From the NCBI GenBank assembly GCA_963662405.2, contig CAXXKT010000001.1:2432001-2496000 (forward strand): a stretch of DNA of 64,000 nt, written 5' to 3'. The translations under genes were made by a program, and so were the position numbers. Below the pieces are notes generated by a model that saw only the letters and a list, made by a program, of their open reading frames with translations, was not told where the DNA came from and made no database searches. The DNA is from Syntrophales bacterium. Lineage in GTDB: Bacteria; Desulfobacterota; Syntrophia; Syntrophales; UBA2210. This document shows, piece after piece, positions 9,436 through 17,304 of this stretch; within the stretch, counting starts at the first letter, position 1; every line of letters starts with the position of its first letter.

Positions 9436-9942
9436 CTATGCCAGGCACGTAGGCATCCTGTTCGCGGGATATCGCGGTTCCAAGATTGCGAATACAATCG
9501 CCTGTCCGGTCGCTCCACCGGGATCGGTGAAGTCAAGCGTCAACCACTCTTCACCATTCGCAACATCCATCTCAGAGGCCATGATATCGACAACCAGCAT
9601 GTAGTTGTCATAGGTGCCGTGAGTGAGCGTGAGTGCCGCGCTCGTACTCCAGGCAGTGAGAACGTCACAGGAAGCAGTACTTCCCGCAACCGCCGTTCCC
9701 TGTGCCGCACCGCCAAAGGCGTAACGGAAGGTCAAGGCCGAAGTGCAAGCCGCATCACTCGCGCCTGAATACAGATACAACACCGGGCTTGCCGTCCCGA
9801 TATCGTAAAGCTGAATCAGGTAGGTGCACCGATGAAAATTCTTCATACAAATACTGTCCGAAAGGTTGGAAGCTGCATTATCGAAGTCGATATCAACACC
9901 AACCGGGACGGGTTTAAAATTTTCGATGAAAATCATGTTCAT
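9436..9942 (-). CDS. Putative head decoration protein
   Basis: Directly follows the major capsid gene; Ala/Thr/Asp-rich with C-terminal LEPRY; positional inference. Confidence 0.55.
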   Translation of the reverse strand: MNMIFIENFKPVPVGVDIDFDNAASNLSDSICMKNFHRCTYLIQLYDIGTASPVLYLYSGASDAACTSALTFRYAFGGAAQGTAVAGSTASCDVLTAWSTSAALTLTHGTYDNYMLVVDIMASEMDVANGEEWLTLDFTDPGGATGQAIVFAILEPRYPANRMPTCLA

Positions 9943-9992
9943 TTACCTCGTATATGTAGTGCCGGGACCCGAAGGCCCCGGCGTGTTTATTG

Positions 9993-11297
9993 TTATCGAG
10001 CACCAAGAACCACGAAGGGGCTTACCGTCGTGCTTCCGTCTTCAAGGGTCAGAGCCTCATCCCAGAGGGGCTGGCCGTCGTGCCGTTCTATGATTCTTGA
10101 CAACAACTCATCCGTGGTAAAGTGAACATGGATTGACGTGTCAAACCTCATGCCCTCCCGGAGTCCCACAACGTACTGTGAGAAGTCACAGAGCATGATA
10201 TCGCCCTTATTCCCAAGAACTTCCGTCTTTTCCGTGAACAAAACCGGCCTCGTGAGGATCTTGAATTGACCGTTACTTTCAGTCATAACGGGTATTCTGT
10301 CGCCTCCGGTGCCAACGGCAATGCTTAAGGTCAATAGTTGCGGTATCGTGGATTGGTGACACACCCATACAGAGTTTTGGAAGCTCCCCGCGAACATCCT
10401 CGCCATCATGTTTGTCAAATTTTCGTACACGATGGTATCAGCCGCCTGGCCGTTTTCAGGGTCAACCTCTATGGTGCAACCAGCATTCAGGATACCCAAC
10501 GGTCCACCTGCCGCGCCGATCCCTTTCAAAAAGGCTTTATCCCGGTACCAGGCAAGGCCTTTTCCACACAGGGTTTCAATCTGTGACATCCCGCCGGGAG
10601 TATCCGCATTCAGCTCAGAGCTGAACCGAATCAAACCCGTCAATTTTTTCGCGTTCAGGGTCATGCTGCGAGCTTTCGGGGAGTTTTCGCTTATCGTGCC
10701 AAGCTCTGCTGTATAGGACGCGGTAAACCCGCCGAAAAGAGCTGTTGAATGATCCCCAATTGACATAGCTGGAATCTTGATTTCATTGCCCTTCATAGGC
10801 TGAACGAAACATCTCGGCATTACCAATTCATTTTCCAGTGATACCGCGTGAATCCTAGCGGCCTGCTCGGAGGGTACCAGAAAGCCCCCATCACTCGGAA
10901 CCGTTTCACTCATGGAATTGAGTAGAAGGCCCGGATGGTGACGGCCGGAAAGCGCCGCTGCGAAGAAGTTCGTTGTCTCATCTTCCCACTTGTACCCGCC
11001 GCTTCCAAACAGGCTTTTATAATCTTTTGCCCCGTTCGGGGGTATCAGAGTGCGGGCACCGTCAAGCCGGTATTCGCTGCCATTGCCTCTATCGGTAAAA
11101 TTCATGTTCTGAGGAAGGCTAAGCGGCTTTTCGGGAAGATATTTCCGCTCGTCTTCAATAGCGGATTCCATTTCGCCTATAAGTGAAATTTCCTGAGCAT
11201 TCAAAGCCCGCCCTTCTTTAACCGCCTTTACCTGAATATGTCCGATTTTCTCAGACAGTTTTTTTATATTTTCCCGTGTCTCTTCTTCGATATGCAT
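9993..11297 (-). CDS. HK97-family major capsid protein
   Basis: N-terminal coiled-coil (delta-domain-like), SDGGFLVP, LNAKKL, GDIMLCDFSQY and RHDGQP...SPFVVLGAR; ATG at 11297 after RBS AAAGGTGA. Confidence 0.9.
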   Translation of the reverse strand: MHIEEETRENIKKLSEKIGHIQVKAVKEGRALNAQEISLIGEMESAIEDERKYLPEKPLSLPQNMNFTDRGNGSEYRLDGARTLIPPNGAKDYKSLFGSGGYKWEDETTNFFAAALSGRHHPGLLLNSMSETVPSDGGFLVPSEQAARIHAVSLENELVMPRCFVQPMKGNEIKIPAMSIGDHSTALFGGFTASYTAELGTISENSPKARSMTLNAKKLTGLIRFSSELNADTPGGMSQIETLCGKGLAWYRDKAFLKGIGAAGGPLGILNAGCTIEVDPENGQAADTIVYENLTNMMARMFAGSFQNSVWVCHQSTIPQLLTLSIAVGTGGDRIPVMTESNGQFKILTRPVLFTEKTEVLGNKGDIMLCDFSQYVVGLREGMRFDTSIHVHFTTDELLSRIIERHDGQPLWDEALTLEDGSTTVSPFVVLGAR

Positions 11298-11339
11298 ATT
11301 ATTCACCTTTCAATTTTGTTTTATTTTTATGTATATAAA

Positions 11340-11500
11340 AAAGCCGATACAGCGTGAAACATCTCGCATCAAACTGGATCGTTCCGCCCGGTTTCCGCCT
11401 TTCCTTTTGACAACCTCCCGCTGTCCTGGGTTCGTCAGCATCCCGCTGATTTATCCCTAAGGTTCGGCATCCCTCAGACTTCCATTTCACAGCATCTCAC
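11340..11500 (-). ncRNA. Candidate GGA-rich CsrB/Rsm-like RNA or CsrA-regulated capsid leader
   Basis: Nine GGA on the minus strand within 11383-11483; two in hairpin loops (TCAGC-GGGAT-GCTGA, GACAGC-GGGAG-GTTGTC); ends in a T-run. Confidence 0.45.
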
Positions 11501-11517
11501 TGTTAAAGGCATGGCCC

Positions 11518-11868
11518 TTAGACAATTCTTTCATAACCGCCGCCGCTGATTCGCAGTTGCAGGTTCGTCTGAAGATTTAAAAGCTTCCATATTTTCAAAA
11601 ATTCCCCCGTTGCCTGTCGCTGCGTATTGAGTAACGGGTGTTGCCGGGCTATCTTTGACCGCTCTGACTTTTTGCTTAATCCCTCTTCCCGGATAATTCG
11701 CCCGCACTCATCCGCCTGGTCCATCGCTTCAAGACCCCGAAGGAATAGCGCAATTTGACCCGGAGCACGGACGGACCGGCCCACATAAAAACTGAATAAT
11801 TCCTTTGCCTTTTCGCTTAAATGTTCCGGTGGTTCCGGCCATTTATGTTCATTTTCTGAGCTTGTCAT
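11518..11868 (-). CDS. terS: Phage terminase small subunit, P27-like
   Basis: PEPPEHLSEKAK...IREEG...QHPLL...WKLLNL pattern. Confidence 0.8.
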   Translation of the reverse strand: MTSSENEHKWPEPPEHLSEKAKELFSFYVGRSVRAPGQIALFLRGLEAMDQADECGRIIREEGLSKKSERSKIARQHPLLNTQRQATGEFLKIWKLLNLQTNLQLRISGGGYERIV

Positions 11869-11902
11869 ATTGTTTCCCCTGTCACTTTTTGGTTTTTTTA
11901 TT

Positions 11903-11990
11903 CCCCCAAAAGTTTAATTATGCGATTTTGGGCATTTCGAAGCCAGCGCGGTTAACTCGGCATTGCTTCCAGAGATTTGAATGCCCCCCT
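11903..11990 (-). other. Candidate cos packaging site
   Basis: Non-coding, directly upstream of terS; minus strand GGGGGGCATTCAAATCTCTG...ACCGCGCTGG...AAAATCGCATAATT resembles cos regions of HK97-like phages. Confidence 0.55.
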
Positions 11991-12007
11991 TGTTCTCCAT
12001 TCAGAGG

Positions 12008-12811
12008 TCATTTATCCCACCACTTGCCCTTTTCATCTTCCGGCCTGTCTGTTACTTCCCGGAGATACCGGCCCACCTTTTCAAGCTTGACTACCTTTTC
12101 CAGGCAACCCGTTCTCCGGTGAAACTCTACCCGGACCTTTGCCCGGTTCTCTCCATCCTTCGGGGTCCGCTGTATCATCAAAACGCTGTCGCTTTCCTGA
12201 GAGACAAACGAGCTATCCCGGATTGATTCATAAGACAGGTTGCCCTCTGATTTGCCCTTCACGGTATGGCACAAGAGAAAGATAATCAGGCCATTATCCA
12301 CCGCCAGGCTCTTCAGTCGTCTAATGACCGCGCCGATATCAAGGCTTGGGTTCCGGCTCCTGGCAATGTCAAACAAGTAATGAAGGTGATCGATGAAGAC
12401 CACGCGGGTATGGTACTTGATAAACGATTCAAGGATTCTGTCTTCTAACCACTTCATGTCGTGTGCTTTTAGTTTTGACGGCATATAGACAAACGGGACT
12501 TTCTGAAACTGTGACAGGAATTGACGCGCCGGGACTTCATAGGAAAACCACAGCGGGAAGATTTGCTGTTTTATCATTTCCACCGTGAAGCTCTGACAAA
12601 GGAGCGTCTTTCCCCCTTTGGTGTAACCTGATACCGCGTACACCTCCCCGGCCTGAAAACCCTCAATGTAGCGGTCAAGGGTAGGGATACCGCTCTTGAC
12701 GGTAACCACCGGCTCCGCCGTGCTCTCCAAGGCAAGGGAAAGCTCCGGCGCACTTATGACCCGATCCTCACCTTGATAGTTTTTTAAGCTCTCTTGCCGT
12801 TTCGCGGTCAT
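12008..12811 (-). CDS. DnaB-like (RecA-fold) helicase domain protein
   Basis: SGIPTLD, Walker A GYTKGGKT, FSYE, Walker B VVFIDHLH, IRDSSFVSQESD. Confidence 0.85.
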   Translation of the reverse strand: MTAKRQESLKNYQGEDRVISAPELSLALESTAEPVVTVKSGIPTLDRYIEGFQAGEVYAVSGYTKGGKTLLCQSFTVEMIKQQIFPLWFSYEVPARQFLSQFQKVPFVYMPSKLKAHDMKWLEDRILESFIKYHTRVVFIDHLHYLFDIARSRNPSLDIGAVIRRLKSLAVDNGLIIFLLCHTVKGKSEGNLSYESIRDSSFVSQESDSVLMIQRTPKDGENRAKVRVEFHRRTGCLEKVVKLEKVGRYLREVTDRPEDEKGKWWDK

Positions 12812-13118
12812 TCAAGATTTCCTTTCTCAATGTTTCAATCGTGTTCATGTCCTCTGCTATCAGGCCCCGGATTAACTCTTGCATGTCCGGCTCTGCGCCC
12901 TCCGCCAGGGCAACCTCAATGCCTATTAGTTCCGTCAAGACCTGCATGTGCTCCCGGCTTTCCCGTTCATATTCCCGGTAAAGTTCCCCCACGTAATCAC
13001 TCTTAGGGATGTTTCCTTCCCGCTCCTGTCTCTCTTTCTCCGCAACCTCCGCCCGTTCTTTCTCTGACAGGAAAGGGGCAACTTCCTTGAATGCCTCTTG
13101 ACGGTTATTCCCAACCAT
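12768..13118 (-). CDS. Hypothetical acidic coiled-coil protein in the replication operon
   Basis: Overlaps both neighbours on the same strand; no family recognised. Confidence 0.6.
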   Translation of the reverse strand: MVGNNRQEAFKEVAPFLSEKERAEVAEKERQEREGNIPKSDYVGELYREYERESREHMQVLTELIGIEVALAEGAEPDMQELIRGLIAEDMNTIETLRKEILNDRETARELKKLSR

Positions 13119-13752
13119 CAGCGGCCCCCTTCGGTTCGTCTATTTCGTCTTCCCACCGGCCTTGATTCAACCAGGTGGAAGCGTGGGGGATATACTTCTT
13201 GTCCTGCCATTGCTCAGAGTGTTTATGCAGTTCAAGGATTGAGAGAAGTTCATCAAGGGGGGGAAGGTCCCCGTTTCTTTTCTTCCAGGCCTTCCATGCT
13301 GCATCTTTTCCCACCTTCCGAGGATACGCTTGCCAGAAGGTGAGGAAATTTGACGTATATATATTTTCTTTCTTTACATTCTTGTATGTTGCCACTTGTT
13401 TGTCGTTTTGCGTGTCGTTTTCGTTTTCTTCGTTCTGGTAAGTGTTCCAATTCACTATGGTAATTATCGAAAATTTGTTTGTCGTTTTGCGTGTCACATT
13501 TCCGGCCTTTTCCAGAAATTCAAGGATAGTGCGGATTTCCCGGATTGTAAGGCCCGTTTCCTCGGAAGCTACCCGTAACCCAAAGATGAATTGTCCCGGC
13601 ATCAGGTGCACAACCTGCAACCCCACAATCGCGTCGTATTCCTTGTGGGATGCTTTCATCAGGCAGTAGGTCCAGAAAGCCCATAGCTTGTGATTCCTAA
13701 CCCAACCGGCATCAAGGGACCTGCGCCACAATTTGACATAGCCTTGATTCAT
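13105..13752 (-). CDS. Phage-type replication initiator
   Basis: GYVKLWRR N-terminus, IITIVNWNTYQ, C-terminal FWQAYPRKVGK...HASTWLNQGRWEDE. Confidence 0.85.
   Translation of the reverse strand: MNQGYVKLWRRSLDAGWVRNHKLWAFWTYCLMKASHKEYDAIVGLQVVHLMPGQFIFGLRVASEETGLTIREIRTILEFLEKAGNVTRKTTNKFSIITIVNWNTYQNEENENDTQNDKQVATYKNVKKENIYTSNFLTFWQAYPRKVGKDAAWKAWKKRNGDLPPLDELLSILELHKHSEQWQDKKYIPHASTWLNQGRWEDEIDEPKGAADGWE
13396..13495. repeat. Iteron-like 21-bp direct repeat inside the initiator gene (candidate origin)
   Basis: TTGTTTGTCGTTTTGCGTGTC at 13396-13416 and 13475-13495, next to an AT-rich tract. Confidence 0.65.
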
Positions 13753-13955
13753 TTTCCGGCTCCTAGCTGGTATGCGTGCGGATCGTCGAACCTTGTATTG
13801 AAGAGGACTGTTAACTCTTCCTCAGTCGTCTTAACCCGTCCCTTATCATTTGCCAGTTCCGCGATTAACAGAAACATGTTCGCGCCCAGGGGGTTTTGGT
13901 GATATAGGCGGTCGTACCGTTTCTTGAATTTCCTATTAGGTTTGAAAGTTATCAC
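13749..13955 (-). CDS. Small hypothetical protein
   Basis: 68 aa, start/stop overlap with both neighbours. Confidence 0.65.
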   Translation of the reverse strand: MITFKPNRKFKKRYDRLYHQNPLGANMFLLIAELANDKGRVKTTEEELTVLFNTRFDDPHAYQLGAGK

Positions 13956-14170
13956 TGCAAGTCCCTCAATGTTTCATTGACAATACTATCCACTTGGTCA
14001 TCTTCCACGGCGAACGATTCAAGGTAGGCATCAATCCAATCGTACTTAATCAAGATTGTGCCGCTCGGTATGCGGGAATGCCTCAACCCATCCTTTAGCC
14101 AATCCCGCATGGTTCTTTCGCTTATTCCGGCGTATTGTGCAGCGAGTTTTATTTTTGCCCAACCATTCAT
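13952..14170 (-). CDS. Excisionase-like HTH protein
   Basis: AAQYAGISERTMRDWLKDGL...IDAYLE MerR-like HTH. Confidence 0.85.
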   Translation of the reverse strand: MNGWAKIKLAAQYAGISERTMRDWLKDGLRHSRIPSGTILIKYDWIDAYLESFAVEDDQVDSIVNETLRDLQ

Positions 14171-14188
14171 GATTTGCCCCGTATTACC

Positions 14189-14392
14189 CTAACCCCGAAA
14201 AACCTCACTCGGATTTACATCAAGGTAGCTTGCAACTTTCTTTTCGATGTCAGGTGTTCCGATCCCATACTTGATAAGTGTAGATATCCGGCTTTCAGGA
14301 ATATCTGTTTCAAAAGCGAGCTGCCTTTGGGATATTTGCTTTTTGAAGAGCAGCATTTTCAAGGTTTCGTTTGGCCTGTATCTCGTACCCAT
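14189..14392 (-). CDS. XRE/Cro-family HTH regulator
   Basis: ISQRQLAFETDIPESRISTLIK...VASYLDVNPSEVF; RBS AGGAGG. Confidence 0.88.
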   Translation of the reverse strand: MGTRYRPNETLKMLLFKKQISQRQLAFETDIPESRISTLIKYGIGTPDIEKKVASYLDVNPSEVFRG

Positions 14393-14477
14393 GAGTAACC
14401 TCCTGAAAAAGTATTTCTTAAAAATGGAAGCAAAATTTTTTTGCCTTTCTACTAAGGGTAAAAATGTAACAGGATTT

Positions 14478-14709
14478 TCATAGTTTTTTCTTTATTCGCG
14501 CCACCACATTTCTAACATTAACCTCAGTCAAATCAAGCATTTGGGCTATTGCGCGATATGTTTTACCAGCAACCAAAAGTGTAACAATCTGCTGTTCCCT
14601 TGGTGTTAATTGTATGCGCCGTTTGGGTGATGGAAACTTGCCGTGACGTGGAACACCGATAGTTATTTCTCTTTGCGGTGTTTCCTGCTTTTTTGTTCAA
14701 GGCTTTCAT
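14478..14709 (-). pseudogene. LuxR/sigma-region-4-type HTH module D (frameshift in an A6 run; possibly an assembly error)
   Basis: ...GKFPSPKRRIQLTPREQQIVTLLVAGKTYRAIAQMLDLTEVNVRNVVARIKKKL*; ATG at 14709 is one base out of frame. Confidence 0.75.
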
Positions 14710-14770
14710 AAGCTCACTTCGGTAATCCTTGCCTTTCTACTAATAGTAAAAAAGGGGGTCAAAAACGTAA

Positions 14771-14908
14771 CTATTTGAGGTATTTTACCTTCATGCGCTT
14801 GAGATGATTTCTGAGATTTGCCCTAGTAATATTCAGTAGTTCTGCAATTTCGACCCTCGAAAAACCTTTTTCTGAAAGCGTAGCAATTTTCATCTCCATT
14901 TCAGTCAA
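14771..14908 (-). CDS. LuxR/sigma-region-4-type HTH module C (45 codons; expression uncertain)
   Basis: LTEMEMKIATLSEKGFSRVEIAELLNITRANLRNHLKRMKVKYLK*. Confidence 0.7.
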   Translation of the reverse strand: MTEMEMKIATLSEKGFSRVEIAELLNITRANLRNHLKRMKVKYLK

Positions 14909-14953
14909 ATGAACCTTGCCTTTCTACTAATAGTAAAAAAGGGGCTAAAACCG

Positions 14954-15094
14954 TCAAGATTTTAGGTATTTTTTCTTTGCATTTGCGTAGTGAACACCAA
15001 GGGTGTGCCTTGTTATTCTTAGCATTTTGCACACCTCGCCCCTCGACAGACCCCTTTCTAAAAGCGTCAAGATTTTCATCTCCATTTCCGTTAA
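14954..15094 (-). CDS. LuxR/sigma-region-4-type HTH module B (46 codons; first ATG at 15085; expression uncertain)
   Basis: LTEMEMKILTLLERGLSRGEVCKMLRITRHTLGVHYANAKKKYLKS*. Confidence 0.7.
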   Translation of the reverse strand, partial: LTEMEMKILTLLERGLSRGEVCKMLRITRHTLGVHYANAKKKYLKS

Positions 15095-15142
15095 ATGAAC
15101 CTCGCCTTTCTACTAATAGTAAAAAAGGGGCTAAAAGCGTCG

Positions 15143-15342
15143 CTATTTAAGGTGTTTTTTCTTCATCCTGTGCAAATGGTCACGCAAACTTTTTTTTGAA
15201 ATATCCAATAGTTCTGCAATTTCAGCCCTTGAAAAACCTTTTTCTGAAAGCGTCGCTATTTTCATCTCCATTTCAGTCAAATGAACCCCGCCAGGAACAC
15301 TCGGCCTCTTGCCAAAAACTCCTTGACAGTCTCAAATTCCAT
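15143..15342 (-). CDS. LuxR/sigma-region-4-type HTH module A (one extra base in the run at 15314-15318 would join it to the ATG at 15342)
   Basis: GKRPSVPGGVHLTEMEMKIATLSEKGFSRAEIAELLDISKKSLRDHLHRMKKKHLK*; upstream ATG has RBS AGGAGGGA. Confidence 0.75.
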
Positions 15343-15349
15343 TGATTCC

Positions 15350-15534
15350 CTCCTACTTATAGGAAAAAATTGTAAAATCTTGCGTTTTGCTGAACGAATC
15401 TGATAGCTTACCTGCTCGCTCGATAATTTAAGATAAACCCCGTATTGGTTGGCTGAAGATAATCTTGATGCAATCTGCTTGTAGGTAAGACCCTCGAAGT
15501 AGAAAAGGTGGAGACACTTGTTTTGAAGGGGAGT
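15350..15534 (-). pseudogene. Sigma70 region-4-like HTH module E, no in-frame start
   Basis: TPLQNKCLHLFYFEGLTYKQIASRLS...LSSEQVSYQIRSAKRKI, preceded by an in-frame TGA. Confidence 0.65.
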
Positions 15535-15603
15535 TCACTTAGAAATTGACTCTTATCGACTTATAGACTATGTTTTTCACAGCACCATGCAAGGTGCGGC
15601 AGT

Positions 15604-15622
15604 AGGGTGCGTATAGGGTGCG
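15604..15622. repeat. Probable integrase arm-type binding sites (right)
   Basis: Same 19-mer as 6245-6263; extra AAGGTGCG at 15591. Confidence 0.75.
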
Positions 15623-15697
15623 GATTACGGCAAAATATACGCAATTTGTGATAGCCAAGGGCTAGTAATATCGGTAACTTAGGGTGGCTCCTGTGTC

Positions 15698-15743
15698 CTG
15701 CAAAACCGTTATTCACCGGTTCGAGTCCGGTTGCCGCCTCCAA
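15698..15743 (+). repeat. att core, right copy
   Basis: 46-bp exact copy of 6152-6197. Confidence 0.95.
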
Positions 15744-15842
15744 TTGTAAGGTGGGGGATAGGCCTCTGGCGTATCCCCCATCGTAGTCTTATTCGTGCCC
15801 TTTGTTCTGTTGTCCTGCCTGCCGATCTTGGAGGAGAAAGCT

Positions 15843-17219
15843 ATGGCCTTCGAAAAGAAGATCTTGTGTATCGGGGCGGGGTATGTGGGCGGCCCGACAA
15901 TGGCGATGATAGCCCATAAGTGCCCCCGGTACAAAGTCACGCTTGTCGATACCAATCCCGATCGTATCGCCGCATGGAATTCCGACACGCTCCCCATATA
16001 CGAACCCGGCCTTGATGCGATTGTAAAAGGTACGCGCGGTCAGAACCTTTTTTTCAGCACCCGGGTCGAAGAGGAGATCCGGGAGGCGGAGATTATCTTT
16101 GTCAGCGTCAATACCCCGACCAAGGAATTCGGCGCCGGCGCCGGTATGGCCGCGGATCTTCAGTATTGGGAAAAGACGGCCCGGCAGATACGAGAGGTAT
16201 CACGATCCCCGAAGATCATTGTCGAGAAGAGCACTCTCCCCGTGAGAACAGCCGTGGCGATGGAACGGATACTGACCGCCACCGACAACGGGGTCCGTTT
16301 CGATGTCCTCTCCAATCCGGAGTTCCTGGCCGAAGGGACGGGGATACGGGACCTGGAGTTTCCCGATCGGGTCCTGATCGGGTCGCATGAGACGCCGGAG
16401 GGTATCAGGGCCCGGGATGAACTGGTTGAGATCTATGAAAACTGGGTACCCCGTGACCGTATCATAACATCCAATATCTGGAGTAGCGAGTTGTCGAAGC
16501 TCGTCTCGAACGCCTTCCTGGCACAGAGGATATCCTCGATAAACGCCATCTCCTCCCTGTGTGAACAGACGGAGGCGGACGTCAGCGAAGTGGCTCGGGC
16601 GGTGGGTATGGATAGCCGTCTCGGGAACAAATTCCTGAATGCCAGCATCGGGTTCGGAGGATCATGTTTCAAAAAGGATATCCTCAATCTGGTTTACCTG
16701 TGTCGCCAGTATGGCCTCGATGAGGTTGCCGATTATTGGCACGGGGTGGTACGGATTAATGAATACCAGAAAGAACGATTTATCCTGAATATGCTGCGAG
16801 CCATGTTCAATACCCTCGTGGGCAAGAGGATATGCCTCTTCGGCTTCGCTTTCAAGGCCGACACGGGTGACACGCGGGAAAGCCCTGCGATTGCCGTATC
16901 CAGAAGGCTTATCGAGGAGCAGGCCGATCTGGTAATTACCGATCCCCGGGCCCTGGCGAACGCCGCGGCGGACCTTGCCGACCTGCAGGAAAAGGTAACC
17001 TTCGTTGCGGAGCCGTATGCGGCGGCCGCAGGGTGTGACGCCATAGCCGTCATGACCGAGTGGGATATCTACACCGCGCTGGATTTCGAAAAGATATATG
17101 CAACGATGCAAAAACCTGCCTTCATCTTCGACGGCAGAAATATCCTCGATCACCAGAGACTCTTCACGATAGGGTTCAATGTCTTTCCTGTCGGGAAACC
17201 CCCGATGACGCACTTTTAG
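15843..17219 (+). CDS. ugd: UDP-glucose 6-dehydrogenase
   Basis: IGAGYVGGPT, EKSTLP, SNPEFLAEG, GFGGSCFKKD and FAFKADTGDTRES motifs. Confidence 0.95.
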   Translation: MAFEKKILCIGAGYVGGPTMAMIAHKCPRYKVTLVDTNPDRIAAWNSDTLPIYEPGLDAIVKGTRGQNLFFSTRVEEEIREAEIIFVSVNTPTKEFGAGAGMAADLQYWEKTARQIREVSRSPKIIVEKSTLPVRTAVAMERILTATDNGVRFDVLSNPEFLAEGTGIRDLEFPDRVLIGSHETPEGIRARDELVEIYENWVPRDRIITSNIWSSELSKLVSNAFLAQRISSINAISSLCEQTEADVSEVARAVGMDSRLGNKFLNASIGFGGSCFKKDILNLVYLCRQYGLDEVADYWHGVVRINEYQKERFILNMLRAMFNTLVGKRICLFGFAFKADTGDTRESPAIAVSRRLIEEQADLVITDPRALANAAADLADLQEKVTFVAEPYAAAAGCDAIAVMTEWDIYTALDFEKIYATMQKPAFIFDGRNILDHQRLFTIGFNVFPVGKPPMTHF

Positions 17220-17304
17220 GGAACGGTATCGGGAAATGATACCCAGGAGAGGATATCATTTCCCGGAATACAGCATTCTTTTCCCTTCCCGGAGGAGGCA
17301 AGAG

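Larger units (their letters stand above)
14441..15368. repeat. Tandem ~186-187 bp repeat array with a conserved spacer motif
   Basis: T(T/C)GCCTTTCTACTAATAGTAAAAAAGGGG at 14729, 14916 and 15102; variants at 14441 and ~15348. Confidence 0.9.
6152..15743. mobile_element. tRNA-Cys-integrated phage satellite-like element (~9.5 kb)
   Basis: Flanked by identical 46-bp direct repeats; integrase, Xis-like, replication, TerS and capsid genes; visibly AT-richer than flanks; no portal, TerL, tail or lysis ORF. Confidence 0.9.

Noticed and set aside
14771..15342. Diversity-generating retroelement or shufflon
   Set aside because: No reverse transcriptase or dedicated invertase in the window, differences are not adenine-specific, and all cassettes are in direct orientation
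14441..15368. CRISPR array (regularly spaced ~30-bp repeats)
   Set aside because: Period is ~186 bp, the intervening sequences are homologous to each other and encode HTH peptides, and no cas genes are present
15698..15743. Second tRNA-Cys gene
   Set aside because: Only the 3' part from the anticodon loop onward is present; it is the att duplicate
6152..15743. Complete prophage or canonical cf-PICI
   Set aside because: No portal, large terminase, head protease, head-tail connector, tail or lysis ORF between the att sites
15561..15997. Short ORFs overlapping the right att site
   Set aside because: They translate the antisense tRNA fragment or overlap ugd; no coding signal
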